Assembly: GCA_964641545.1 (NCBI GenBank)
Contig: CAZXLT010000004.1
Coordinates: 1-62,628 of the forward strand
From: an uncultured Candidatus Saccharibacteria bacterium
Lineage (GTDB): Bacteria; Patescibacteriota; Saccharimonadia; Saccharimonadales; AWTP1-31
Direction of reading: 5' to 3'
Length of the DNA: 62,628 nt
Within the stretch, counting starts at the first letter, position 1, and each line of letters opens with the position of its first letter. The position numbers were made by a program, and so were the translations under genes. Shown one piece after another: positions 56,007 through 62,628 of this stretch. The notes under the pieces are model-generated. The model was not told the origin of the DNA and did no database searches. It worked only from the letters and a program-made list of their open reading frames with translations.

Positions 56007-56149
56007 AGAAAAACCGAGCAGGCAGACAAATGTCACGCACGCTCGGTTTTCAGAAGTTAGGTAATGAAATCAAATCAATAGCAAAGCTACGCCGTTAGCG
56101 TGACATCTTTAGCTGTTGATTAGATCTATCATTGGTATACAAACTCCTT
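56007..56149 (-). promoter_or_regulatory. Ribosome-dependent transcription attenuator of the ABC-F gene
   Basis: SD AAGGAG (56149-56144), leader ORF MIDLINS* (56132-56109), antiterminator 9-bp pair 56098-56106/56030-56038, terminator stem 56041-56050/56010-56019 with U-tract. Confidence 0.75.
56109..56132 (-). CDS. Leader peptide MIDLINS
   Basis: ATG ATA GAT CTA ATC AAC AGC TAA downstream of an SD, upstream of the attenuator hairpins. Confidence 0.55.
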   Translation of the reverse strand: MIDLINS

Positions 56150-56161
56150 TAAGTTTCCGCA

Positions 56162-56190
56162 ATAATAGCATAACCGATACTGCTTGTCAA
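56162..56190 (-). promoter_or_regulatory. sigma70 promoter of the ABC-F/MFS operon
   Basis: TTGACA-17 bp-TATTAT with extended TG. Confidence 0.85.
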
Positions 56191-56232
56191 CTATTTAGCT
56201 GGGCAACTATACCTTGAAGTACATACCGATAT

Positions 56233-56272
56233 CTTGTCTACTTGATCAGCGCTAAGTCAGGTTCTTTACTCT
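56233..56272 (-). repeat. Diverged copy of the 3' end of the VirD4-like gene (second copy at 59544-59583)
   Basis: 36/40 identity; both copies encode SKEPDLALIK*. Confidence 0.88.
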
Positions 56273-56497
56273 ACTTTGTTTTTGTTCCTCGATATATTGC
56301 TCATATAAAAAACCAGCAAAGTCACGTGCACTTCTTTTTATAGCCAATTTTTCCTTAGCTTTTTTGAGAGATTCTTTTGCCATTAAATCTAAGGTTTCAA
56401 TTACGTCAAAAATATCTTCATCGGTCATACCCAATGCTGAAGAACCTAATATTTCACGAGCTTCTTCTACTGATATCATCGGCTTAATATAGCTCAT
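56252..56497 (-). CDS. Small hypothetical protein
   Basis: 81 aa, MISVEEAREILG..MTDEDI pattern; last gene of the cargo operon. Confidence 0.7.
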   Translation of the reverse strand: MSYIKPMISVEEAREILGSSALGMTDEDIFDVIETLDLMAKESLKKAKEKLAIKRSARDFAGFLYEQYIEEQKQSRVKNLT

Positions 56498-57012
56498 TAA
56501 TCTATTCTTATTACTCCAATTAGAGCCTGAGTTTTTTTCGTTGGGTCTTTAAAGGTAAAGCCATCTTCTTTAATGTCGTCACGCCCCTCATAGCGATGAA
56601 GCACTTCTTGCATTTGATTGGCGTCGTAAATGGTAAGTATATCTATCCTCACTGCGCGACCATGGAAACCTAACGCACTATGGTAAAAACCATATACTAC
56701 GTCGGCAAATATAGAGCTACCCTCGGTGACGGTATGTGGAAAGGCGAAAAGATCAATGTGTTTGCCTTCAACATTTTCATAGCGATCACCTTTGCGAGTT
56801 GAATCATATCGATCAGTACCGGTTGTTTTAATGATATTGATCAACTCATCCACTGTCTTGCCGGTGTGTTCTGAGGAAGCTACGCCACGAACGAGAATTG
56901 ATTTGCCCATAAAGTTTTCTTTTATTACTGCGTCCACGATTTTACCCAGCGCCTCATGGTCGGGAACAATATCAACTGTGTATTGTGGCAAATCCAAGTT
57001 AAGAAGCTTCAT
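56497..57012 (-). CDS. Hypothetical protein
   Basis: 171-aa ORF in a tightly coupled operon. Confidence 0.75.
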   Translation of the reverse strand: MKLLNLDLPQYTVDIVPDHEALGKIVDAVIKENFMGKSILVRGVASSEHTGKTVDELINIIKTTGTDRYDSTRKGDRYENVEGKHIDLFAFPHTVTEGSSIFADVVYGFYHSALGFHGRAVRIDILTIYDANQMQEVLHRYEGRDDIKEDGFTFKDPTKKTQALIGVIRID

Positions 57013-57496
57013 ACGACAACTCTTGAATCTGTTTAGCTAAGTCTTTAACCGATCGATTACCATCAATAACTAGATCAATAAGCCCGCCCTTTTGTAGGCG
57101 TTTGAAAGTATCAAGCTGAAGTTTCAGCCATGGAGATGCGTCCTGATAGTTTTCAATACTCATTCGATTGTTATTTCTCTCGGCTAGCTGTTCGATCGTG
57201 AGATCTAAGAGAATAATTTTAAATCCTTTATCTCGCGCCTCTTTGATCAGCTCGTCAGGTACATAGCTTGCAAAGTACACTACTTGGGGTCGAGAAATGA
57301 TTTCTTTGGTTGTCTGGGGAACAAGAATCTCATTCTTCAACTTATCATCAGGCCAGACATCATTGTTGGCCTTCATAACTTCCTCATCAGTCTCAGCAAT
57401 GTTGAGCTTAGTATGTTCGCGTAAATACCTCATAAGTGTGGATTTGCCACCAGCAGAGGGGGCCAAGATAAGTAGTTTTTTTGTCTTGATCATCAA
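56999..57496 (-). CDS. Small P-loop kinase-like protein
   Basis: LILAPSAGGKST Walker A, IILLD..IEQLAERN, LVIDGNRSV. Confidence 0.75.
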   Translation of the reverse strand: MMIKTKKLLILAPSAGGKSTLMRYLREHTKLNIAETDEEVMKANNDVWPDDKLKNEILVPQTTKEIISRPQVVYFASYVPDELIKEARDKGFKIILLDLTIEQLAERNNNRMSIENYQDASPWLKLQLDTFKRLQKGGLIDLVIDGNRSVKDLAKQIQELSYEAS

Positions 57497-57500
57497 AGTC

Positions 57501-57893
57501 TTAATCTTTCCTAATTATCGGTATGGCTGACTCGGGTATTTTACGCACTTTTACGGTCTTTTCGTCCTGAATGGATTGTTTCATTAAGCGATGTAAACCA
57601 TCAAGAATAAGCCACCGTTCTTTCCACCACATAATGTCGATTGGAAAGGTAACATCTGACCGCATAGTGCGCTCGTATTCCTCGGGATACAAGTCGGGAT
57701 GATCGATTACTTCACTTGGCTTAACATCGTAGTATCCATCAGGCTTCGACCATATAAAGGGGATATCAAAGTGCCAGGTCAAGTCACTAATTGGCATTTC
57801 TTCGGCTGGGACATCCAATTTCCATACTTTTCGTTCATCCCAACTAAAATCAAAACCTACTTCCTTAATAATTTCTGGTAACTCATGGCTCAT
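57501..57893 (-). CDS. Hypothetical protein with ParB/sulfiredoxin-like motif
   Basis: FPIDI..WLILDGLHRL resembles the ParB-N DGHHR motif. Confidence 0.55.
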   Translation of the reverse strand: MSHELPEIIKEVGFDFSWDERKVWKLDVPAEEMPISDLTWHFDIPFIWSKPDGYYDVKPSEVIDHPDLYPEEYERTMRSDVTFPIDIMWWKERWLILDGLHRLMKQSIQDEKTVKVRKIPESAIPIIRKD

Positions 57894-58273
57894 AGAACTT
57901 TGTCTAGGAACTGTTTGAGTGCTTCCATGTCCTCTTTTGTATGATCGTAAAAGTATGTTGTAATACCTATTGACTCAGCAGTCTTAGCCGCTTCAGCATT
58001 ATGTTCAAAATAGACTACATCTTCTGGCTTGAGACTGTATTTTTCTAGAAGGATTTTAAAGTATTCTGGGGCGGTCTTCTCAGGATTATGTTTCAGTGTA
58101 AAGACCTCATAAGGTACCTGGTCTAGTCTAAAATGCTTGAACTGTTCATCATTTGCGCCAGTTAAAACTATCTTTTTATTAGGGTATGTCTCTAGAAGTT
58201 TGTACATAGATTCAAGTATGCTACCATCTTCTAGCACTAATCCATTTATTGCATCTACGAGTATTGTTTTCAT
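57890..58273 (-). CDS. HAD-superfamily hydrolase-like protein
   Basis: MKTILVDAIN motif I, VLTG, KHNPEK, VVYFEHN..A..AESIGI. Confidence 0.75.
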   Translation of the reverse strand: MKTILVDAINGLVLEDGSILESMYKLLETYPNKKIVLTGANDEQFKHFRLDQVPYEVFTLKHNPEKTAPEYFKILLEKYSLKPEDVVYFEHNAEAAKTAESIGITTYFYDHTKEDMEALKQFLDKVL

Positions 58274-58857
58274 TTTTGCTCCTTTACCGTAATACCACTC
58301 TTATCAAGTAGTTTGTAGTTATCGTTACTTGTTTCAAGAATAGCGTATGCACAATCGTCAACGTCAATCTCACCTAATTTCAAGACATCTCTAAATATAA
58401 GGCGTATTGGTCCACCGTGAGTGACTACGGCAATTTTGTCAGCTTGTTCACGCCTCAAAGATTCTAAAGCATTTGTTATACGTTTCTGGAATGGTTCGTA
58501 TTCCTCAGCACCCTCAACGGCGGCGTGTACATTCTTTAATATCTCAACTTGATCCGGATAAGTTTTTAAAGCCTCATCCTTTGTCATACCAGTTAAGATT
58601 CCATAGCCATTGCGTTCTCTAAAGTCTTCAACAGTTCTAGTAGCTAGCCCTAGCTTTTTGGCAATCAATGTAGCCGTTTCTTGCGCGCGAATTCGTGGGC
58701 TAGCCAATAGTAAGTCAATACCTTTGTCTGCTAACACATCAGCAAGTTGTGAAGATTGTTGTTTTCCTAAATCCGTTAGATGATCATCATAATCACCACC
58801 ATAACGATTTTCTAAGTCACCAGTTGTTTGACCATGTCTCGTTAGATATATAATCAT
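58270..58857 (-). CDS. Histidine phosphatase family protein
   Basis: YLTRHGQT, ASPRIRAQET, RERNGYG, VVTHGGPIR. Confidence 0.92.
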   Translation of the reverse strand: MIIYLTRHGQTTGDLENRYGGDYDDHLTDLGKQQSSQLADVLADKGIDLLLASPRIRAQETATLIAKKLGLATRTVEDFRERNGYGILTGMTKDEALKTYPDQVEILKNVHAAVEGAEEYEPFQKRITNALESLRREQADKIAVVTHGGPIRLIFRDVLKLGEIDVDDCAYAILETSNDNYKLLDKSGITVKEQK

Positions 58858-59507
58858 TTCTCGTCCCTCAATTTTTTATACAGATTTTTAAGATCCTCAA
58901 TGATTGTTTTGTAATCATGGGCATCAACATATTCCCAAGCTTTAACATAGCTGCCACTGCCCGCATATTCTTTAACCTCAGCTTTATCGCGCTCGTAACG
59001 TTCTGGGTCTTTCATGATATCTAGCCATAAATACTTGCACATTGCATGGACAGGTATATGAACTAGTGTTTTTAGATCGTGCTCTTTGCCATACATTTTT
59101 GCCCAGTCTTCTGAGATAAAGTACTTAGGTGCCTCTTCGTACTCTCTGAAGACACTGTTGTCGGTGAGGATAACGTGGGAGAGTTCGTGGGCTAAAACAT
59201 CCACAAACCGTTCGGGCTTGCCTCTAAAATTCATAATAACTGGATTAGATTGAGGTATGAATAACGGCACGCAGGTTACATCAATAACGGGTAGGTAAAA
59301 ATCTACACCAAGCATAGCCTGTAGAGCCTCAAGAATCTGTTTTTCTTTTGCATTCCAAGCCTGCCAGTACTGGTATGTTTTATTGAAGTAGTATCTATCG
59401 TCTTCTAGCTTGAATTTGAACTTCTCCGCTAGCTCAGGCGACATTGAATGTGCTAAAAGTTGCCCATAGCTAATTCGTATTTCAGGAATTTTTGTATCGT
59501 TACTCAT
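58854..59507 (-). CDS. Hypothetical protein with HExxH motif
   Basis: VLAHELSHVIL; TATAAT 7 nt upstream of the ATG, first gene of the cargo operon. Confidence 0.7.
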   Translation of the reverse strand: MSNDTKIPEIRISYGQLLAHSMSPELAEKFKFKLEDDRYYFNKTYQYWQAWNAKEKQILEALQAMLGVDFYLPVIDVTCVPLFIPQSNPVIMNFRGKPERFVDVLAHELSHVILTDNSVFREYEEAPKYFISEDWAKMYGKEHDLKTLVHIPVHAMCKYLWLDIMKDPERYERDKAEVKEYAGSGSYVKAWEYVDAHDYKTIIEDLKNLYKKLRDEK

Positions 59508-59548
59508 ATCTGTAATTATACCTCAGAATAATCTTTTCGGTAACTTGT

Positions 59549-62155
59549 CTACTTGATCAGTGCCAAGTCTGGTTCTTTGCTCTGTCGCTTAGTTGCATTC
59601 GTCTTTTTTACCAGGGTTAGTTCGTCTTTTGGTTTCATTGGTTTTTCTGGCTGAACTTTAATTCCATATTCCTTGCGAGAGTGGTTAATTGCAGCATTAG
59701 CCACCTCACCACTTCCTTCACTATCAAGAAGGACTGTAACGCCGGACATTGGCTCCTGGGCATTAACAGCAGCAATTCTCGCATAGAAACTATACGCCGG
59801 TAAGTTGGCAATTTCTCCTTGCTCCAAATATCTATTGAACAATGGCAATATCAAACGTTCGTCTGACGGACTTCCTGATCGAAAACATATAACCGTCCCG
59901 ACGTTCGCCAGAATAATATCAACAAGTCTTTGCTGATCCTGCTGACTGGTAGATTGTTCTGCCATGGTCAGGTATAACTTATACTTCCTAGCTTCAGACA
60001 GCATCTGTACAAAACTCATCGTCGCAAAGTTTTGAAACTCATCCACATATAAGAAGAATGGCTGGCGACCGGACTGTTTTTGTCGTGCTCGACGAAGTGC
60101 GGCCACCTGCAACTTTGCTAATACAGTCGTACCAAATAACGCTGAGGTATCTTCGCCAAGTAAACCTTTCGAAAAGTTACAAATTAAGATCTTGCCCGAG
60201 TCGAGGATGTTATCAAAGTCGATGGTCGACTTTTCTTGCTCAAGGATTCGCTTTGCAGATGCAGAGAATAGAAACCGGCCAATCTTAGCTGTAATACCGG
60301 CTGACATTTTGACTCTTTGAAACTCACCAGCCTTACCTAGCTCGTTACTCCAAAAGTTCTTTAAGTCTTCGTCCTCTAAGTTTTTTACCGTGTTTCGACG
60401 AAACTTCGCGTCGTTAAGCAGTCGGAAAATAGTAAAGAGTGTAGCGCCTTCTAGCGTTAATGCGGTTTGGATTGAGTTACGTAAAACATACTCAATTCGG
60501 TGGCCTCCACTATCGTCTTCGGAGAATATCTTTCGTAGTACGGAAATCGTTGACTCGGTTATTAAGTCTTTCTCGCGAAGTAACTCGTCGCCCGTTAGGC
60601 TAGGATCAAGTTCAAGTAAGTTAACGCCAATTGGGTGAGCAAGATCATCGGGGTTCAAGTAGATGACGTCCTTGATTCGTTCCTTGGGCAGGTGGTGCAG
60701 GATCGTTTCCGCCAAGTCACCGTGAGGATCAAGCACTGCAAGACCTTTGCCGCTATTAATATCCTGCATGATTCCGAATAGCAGCATTGTTGTCTTACCA
60801 TTACCTGTACCACCAATAATGTACACATGGCGTTCTCGCTCAGCCAACGATAGCCCAACAGGAGTAACACTACCATGGTGTTGGTTTTCTCCCAGTACAA
60901 TATCCAGCTTTGCACCATTTTTGAGTGAAACAGGTGCGGGCAGTGTTTTACTGAGAGACTTCACAACGTTTTCAGTCTTCGCACCGATTGAGTGTGGGAA
61001 GTGGAATAAACTGGACACTTCGCTAGCGGCTAAAATGTTAGAGTTCTTTGTAAGCGTTTCGGGCATACGATTCACAAAACTAAAATGTTGGAGCTGTCGC
61101 ATGCGCTTGGTACGGACACGTTTAATTTCCAGTGCCTGATATTTTGCCACAGAATAAGATGACAGTGCCGACACAACGCCATGCAATCTCTGCTTCATTT
61201 CGGCGCTACTATTAACTTTTATTGCTGCTCGGATTTCAACACGGAACAATGGTTGGCTTAGTTTATGGTGAATTGACTCGATCAGCTCTTGCTCAAACTT
61301 GCTTATAGTTCGAGCTGGCTTCACACCTTGGATGACTTGTTTCTGGTGGTACAGATCGCGTTGCAACATCTGGTTGCCATCATTCGATGCCCCGTGATTC
61401 ATATAGGTAATAGTGTTTGTAATGGCAGATAAAATATTACCGATGGATTTTATGACTAGTCCACCAACAGATTTCCGGGATGAGTTATGTAGATGTGCTC
61501 TTACATCTTCGTTGGTTAGGATCTTGTTGCCTAGAGTGTACGCTTCAGCAACTTTGACAGGAACTGCTACGAGTTGGAAAGCCATTAGCTCTTCTGGTTC
61601 AAGCTGAGTCATAGTATTGGCAAGATATGCAATCGGGTCATGAGCAGACAAACTATCTACTTCGTGCAATGGATAGGCGAAATGTTCCTTTTGTCTAAAT
61701 GTGACTGTTTTAGCTGAATTAAGATTCGCTACATAGTCCTCTGTTTTTCTCACCTTAACGTCAGGTAGGTAGGCGTGAATAGTGTGCTTAAAAACTGTAG
61801 CCTGATCATCCGGGACACGTGCCAAAAAGCGAATACCATGCTCCCGCGTAGAAACAATCTCAAGTGACACGACTGAGTCACGACGTAGTAATCGATCAAG
61901 GAATGGTTTACTTGAGCCAAGACCATGAAGTACTGCAAACAACTCTTGGGTTGCTTGTGGTGTTCTGTCATCGAAAGCTGGTGGTGTTAGCTCAAAGATC
62001 GTGTATGACTCATGGAAAATGTGCCGAATATTGAGAATCCTCACGATGCCTTTGGTCACCCACGCAATGATAAAGATCAGCAGCAACATTAATCCTATCC
62101 AAGGCAAAAGTCCTGCAAAATTCTTTAGCCAATCAACTATGTGAAGCGGATTCAT
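59549..62155 (-). CDS. VirD4/TraG/HerA-like coupling ATPase with N-terminal TM
   Basis: RERHVYIIGGTGNGKTT, LDPHGDLA, KILICNFSKG, FFLYVDEFQNF, EARKYKL, LANVGTVICFR. Confidence 0.88.
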   Translation of the reverse strand: MNPLHIVDWLKNFAGLLPWIGLMLLLIFIIAWVTKGIVRILNIRHIFHESYTIFELTPPAFDDRTPQATQELFAVLHGLGSSKPFLDRLLRRDSVVSLEIVSTREHGIRFLARVPDDQATVFKHTIHAYLPDVKVRKTEDYVANLNSAKTVTFRQKEHFAYPLHEVDSLSAHDPIAYLANTMTQLEPEELMAFQLVAVPVKVAEAYTLGNKILTNEDVRAHLHNSSRKSVGGLVIKSIGNILSAITNTITYMNHGASNDGNQMLQRDLYHQKQVIQGVKPARTISKFEQELIESIHHKLSQPLFRVEIRAAIKVNSSAEMKQRLHGVVSALSSYSVAKYQALEIKRVRTKRMRQLQHFSFVNRMPETLTKNSNILAASEVSSLFHFPHSIGAKTENVVKSLSKTLPAPVSLKNGAKLDIVLGENQHHGSVTPVGLSLAERERHVYIIGGTGNGKTTMLLFGIMQDINSGKGLAVLDPHGDLAETILHHLPKERIKDVIYLNPDDLAHPIGVNLLELDPSLTGDELLREKDLITESTISVLRKIFSEDDSGGHRIEYVLRNSIQTALTLEGATLFTIFRLLNDAKFRRNTVKNLEDEDLKNFWSNELGKAGEFQRVKMSAGITAKIGRFLFSASAKRILEQEKSTIDFDNILDSGKILICNFSKGLLGEDTSALFGTTVLAKLQVAALRRARQKQSGRQPFFLYVDEFQNFATMSFVQMLSEARKYKLYLTMAEQSTSQQDQQRLVDIILANVGTVICFRSGSPSDERLILPLFNRYLEQGEIANLPAYSFYARIAAVNAQEPMSGVTVLLDSEGSGEVANAAINHSRKEYGIKVQPEKPMKPKDELTLVKKTNATKRQSKEPDLALIK

Positions 62156-62622
62156 TGACTAGCTCCAAGTGCTGGCTTGGCATTCAGATCTAGCCAAGGC
62201 ACGATTTGTTGTTCATGGATGAAGTTATACTTTGTCGCGTCAGATGCCTTTAGAGTGCGACTACTCTGTATATCCCAGCCGACCCAGTTCATCTCCGAAA
62301 TGGTCCATTCTCCAGTAATAGGATTAACACTTTCTACATATGCCACGTGTCCTTCTTTGCCGGCAGTCGTCTGCATTATTGCGCCCGCGCTCGGTGTATG
62401 ATCTACGAGATAATTCATTTTCTGAGCCCGTTCTGCCCAAGTGTTAGCATTACCCCAAGTGTTTGGGATCGCACTACCGACTTGTAGTCGTCGAAGTGCC
62501 GCCCAGTAAGTGCACCAACCATAGTCATATGTCACCTGCGCATTGGCTGGCTGATCAAAAAGGCTGAAGACGCTAAGGGCGTCAACATTGGCAACTGAAA
62601 TGAAAACTACAATAGGCATCAT
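62152..62622 (-). CDS. CHAP-domain cell-wall hydrolase (may extend past the window edge)
   Basis: YGWCTYW catalytic Cys, WGNANTW, GHVAYVE catalytic His, ISEMN. Confidence 0.88.
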   Translation of the reverse strand: MMPIVVFISVANVDALSVFSLFDQPANAQVTYDYGWCTYWAALRRLQVGSAIPNTWGNANTWAERAQKMNYLVDHTPSAGAIMQTTAGKEGHVAYVESVNPITGEWTISEMNWVGWDIQSSRTLKASDATKYNFIHEQQIVPWLDLNAKPALGASQ

Positions 62623-62628
62623 AGTCAG

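Larger units (their letters stand above)
50510..62628. mobile_element. Integrative, ICE-like element inserted at the tRNA-Glu 3' end; extends beyond the window
   Basis: Serine recombinase abutting the tRNA, replication-relaxation protein, VirD4-like ATPase, CHAP hydrolase and accessory cargo; the distal att site is not visible. Confidence 0.75.

Noticed and set aside
56252-59507. Integron cassette array
   Set aside because: The genes overlap or abut, leaving no room for attC sites, and there is no integron integrase.
1-62628. TGA-to-Gly recoding (code 25), diversity-generating retroelement, prophage
   Set aside because: Conserved genes end correctly at TGA. I saw no reverse transcriptase, no template/variable repeat pair and no phage structural genes.

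Overview
This window looks like a chromosome segment of a Patescibacteria (CPR) bacterium, most likely Saccharimonadia. That placement is inferred from gene content. Genetic code 11 fits, with TGA used as a stop. Positions 1-50.5 kb are host backbone. They hold peptidoglycan precursor genes (HTH-MurA, MurB, a MurD-MurL epimerase pair), folate/one-carbon genes (glyA, folC, folA, folD), surface proteins (VWA adhesin, FG-GAP/FN3 giant protein, LxxTG-anchored proteins, a pilin-leader M23 protein), and a VWA-MoxR-DUF58-like cluster. They also hold a 7TM/small protein/histidine kinase module, an arginine decarboxylase-EamA-PurD-like ATP-grasp cluster and three tRNAs (Arg-UCG, Lys-CUU, Glu-UUC). From the 3' end of tRNA-Glu to the window edge lies an integrative, ICE-like element with a serine recombinase, a replication-relaxation protein, a VirD4-like ATPase and a CHAP hydrolase. 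It carries an MFS gene, an attenuator-controlled ABC-F gene and a nested cargo operon. The most unusual observations are: (1) two homologous palindromic mini-elements, each lying between a tRNA and a copy of that tRNA's own 3' end; (2) a copy of the VirD4-like gene's 3' end, differing only at synonymous sites, that brackets the cargo operon; (3) a complete promoter-leader peptide-antiterminator-terminator attenuator ahead of the ABC-F gene; (4) a PurD-like ligase without the PRA-binding loop, next to an agmatine-producing enzyme. All assignments come from reading motifs by eye. No database searches were run.
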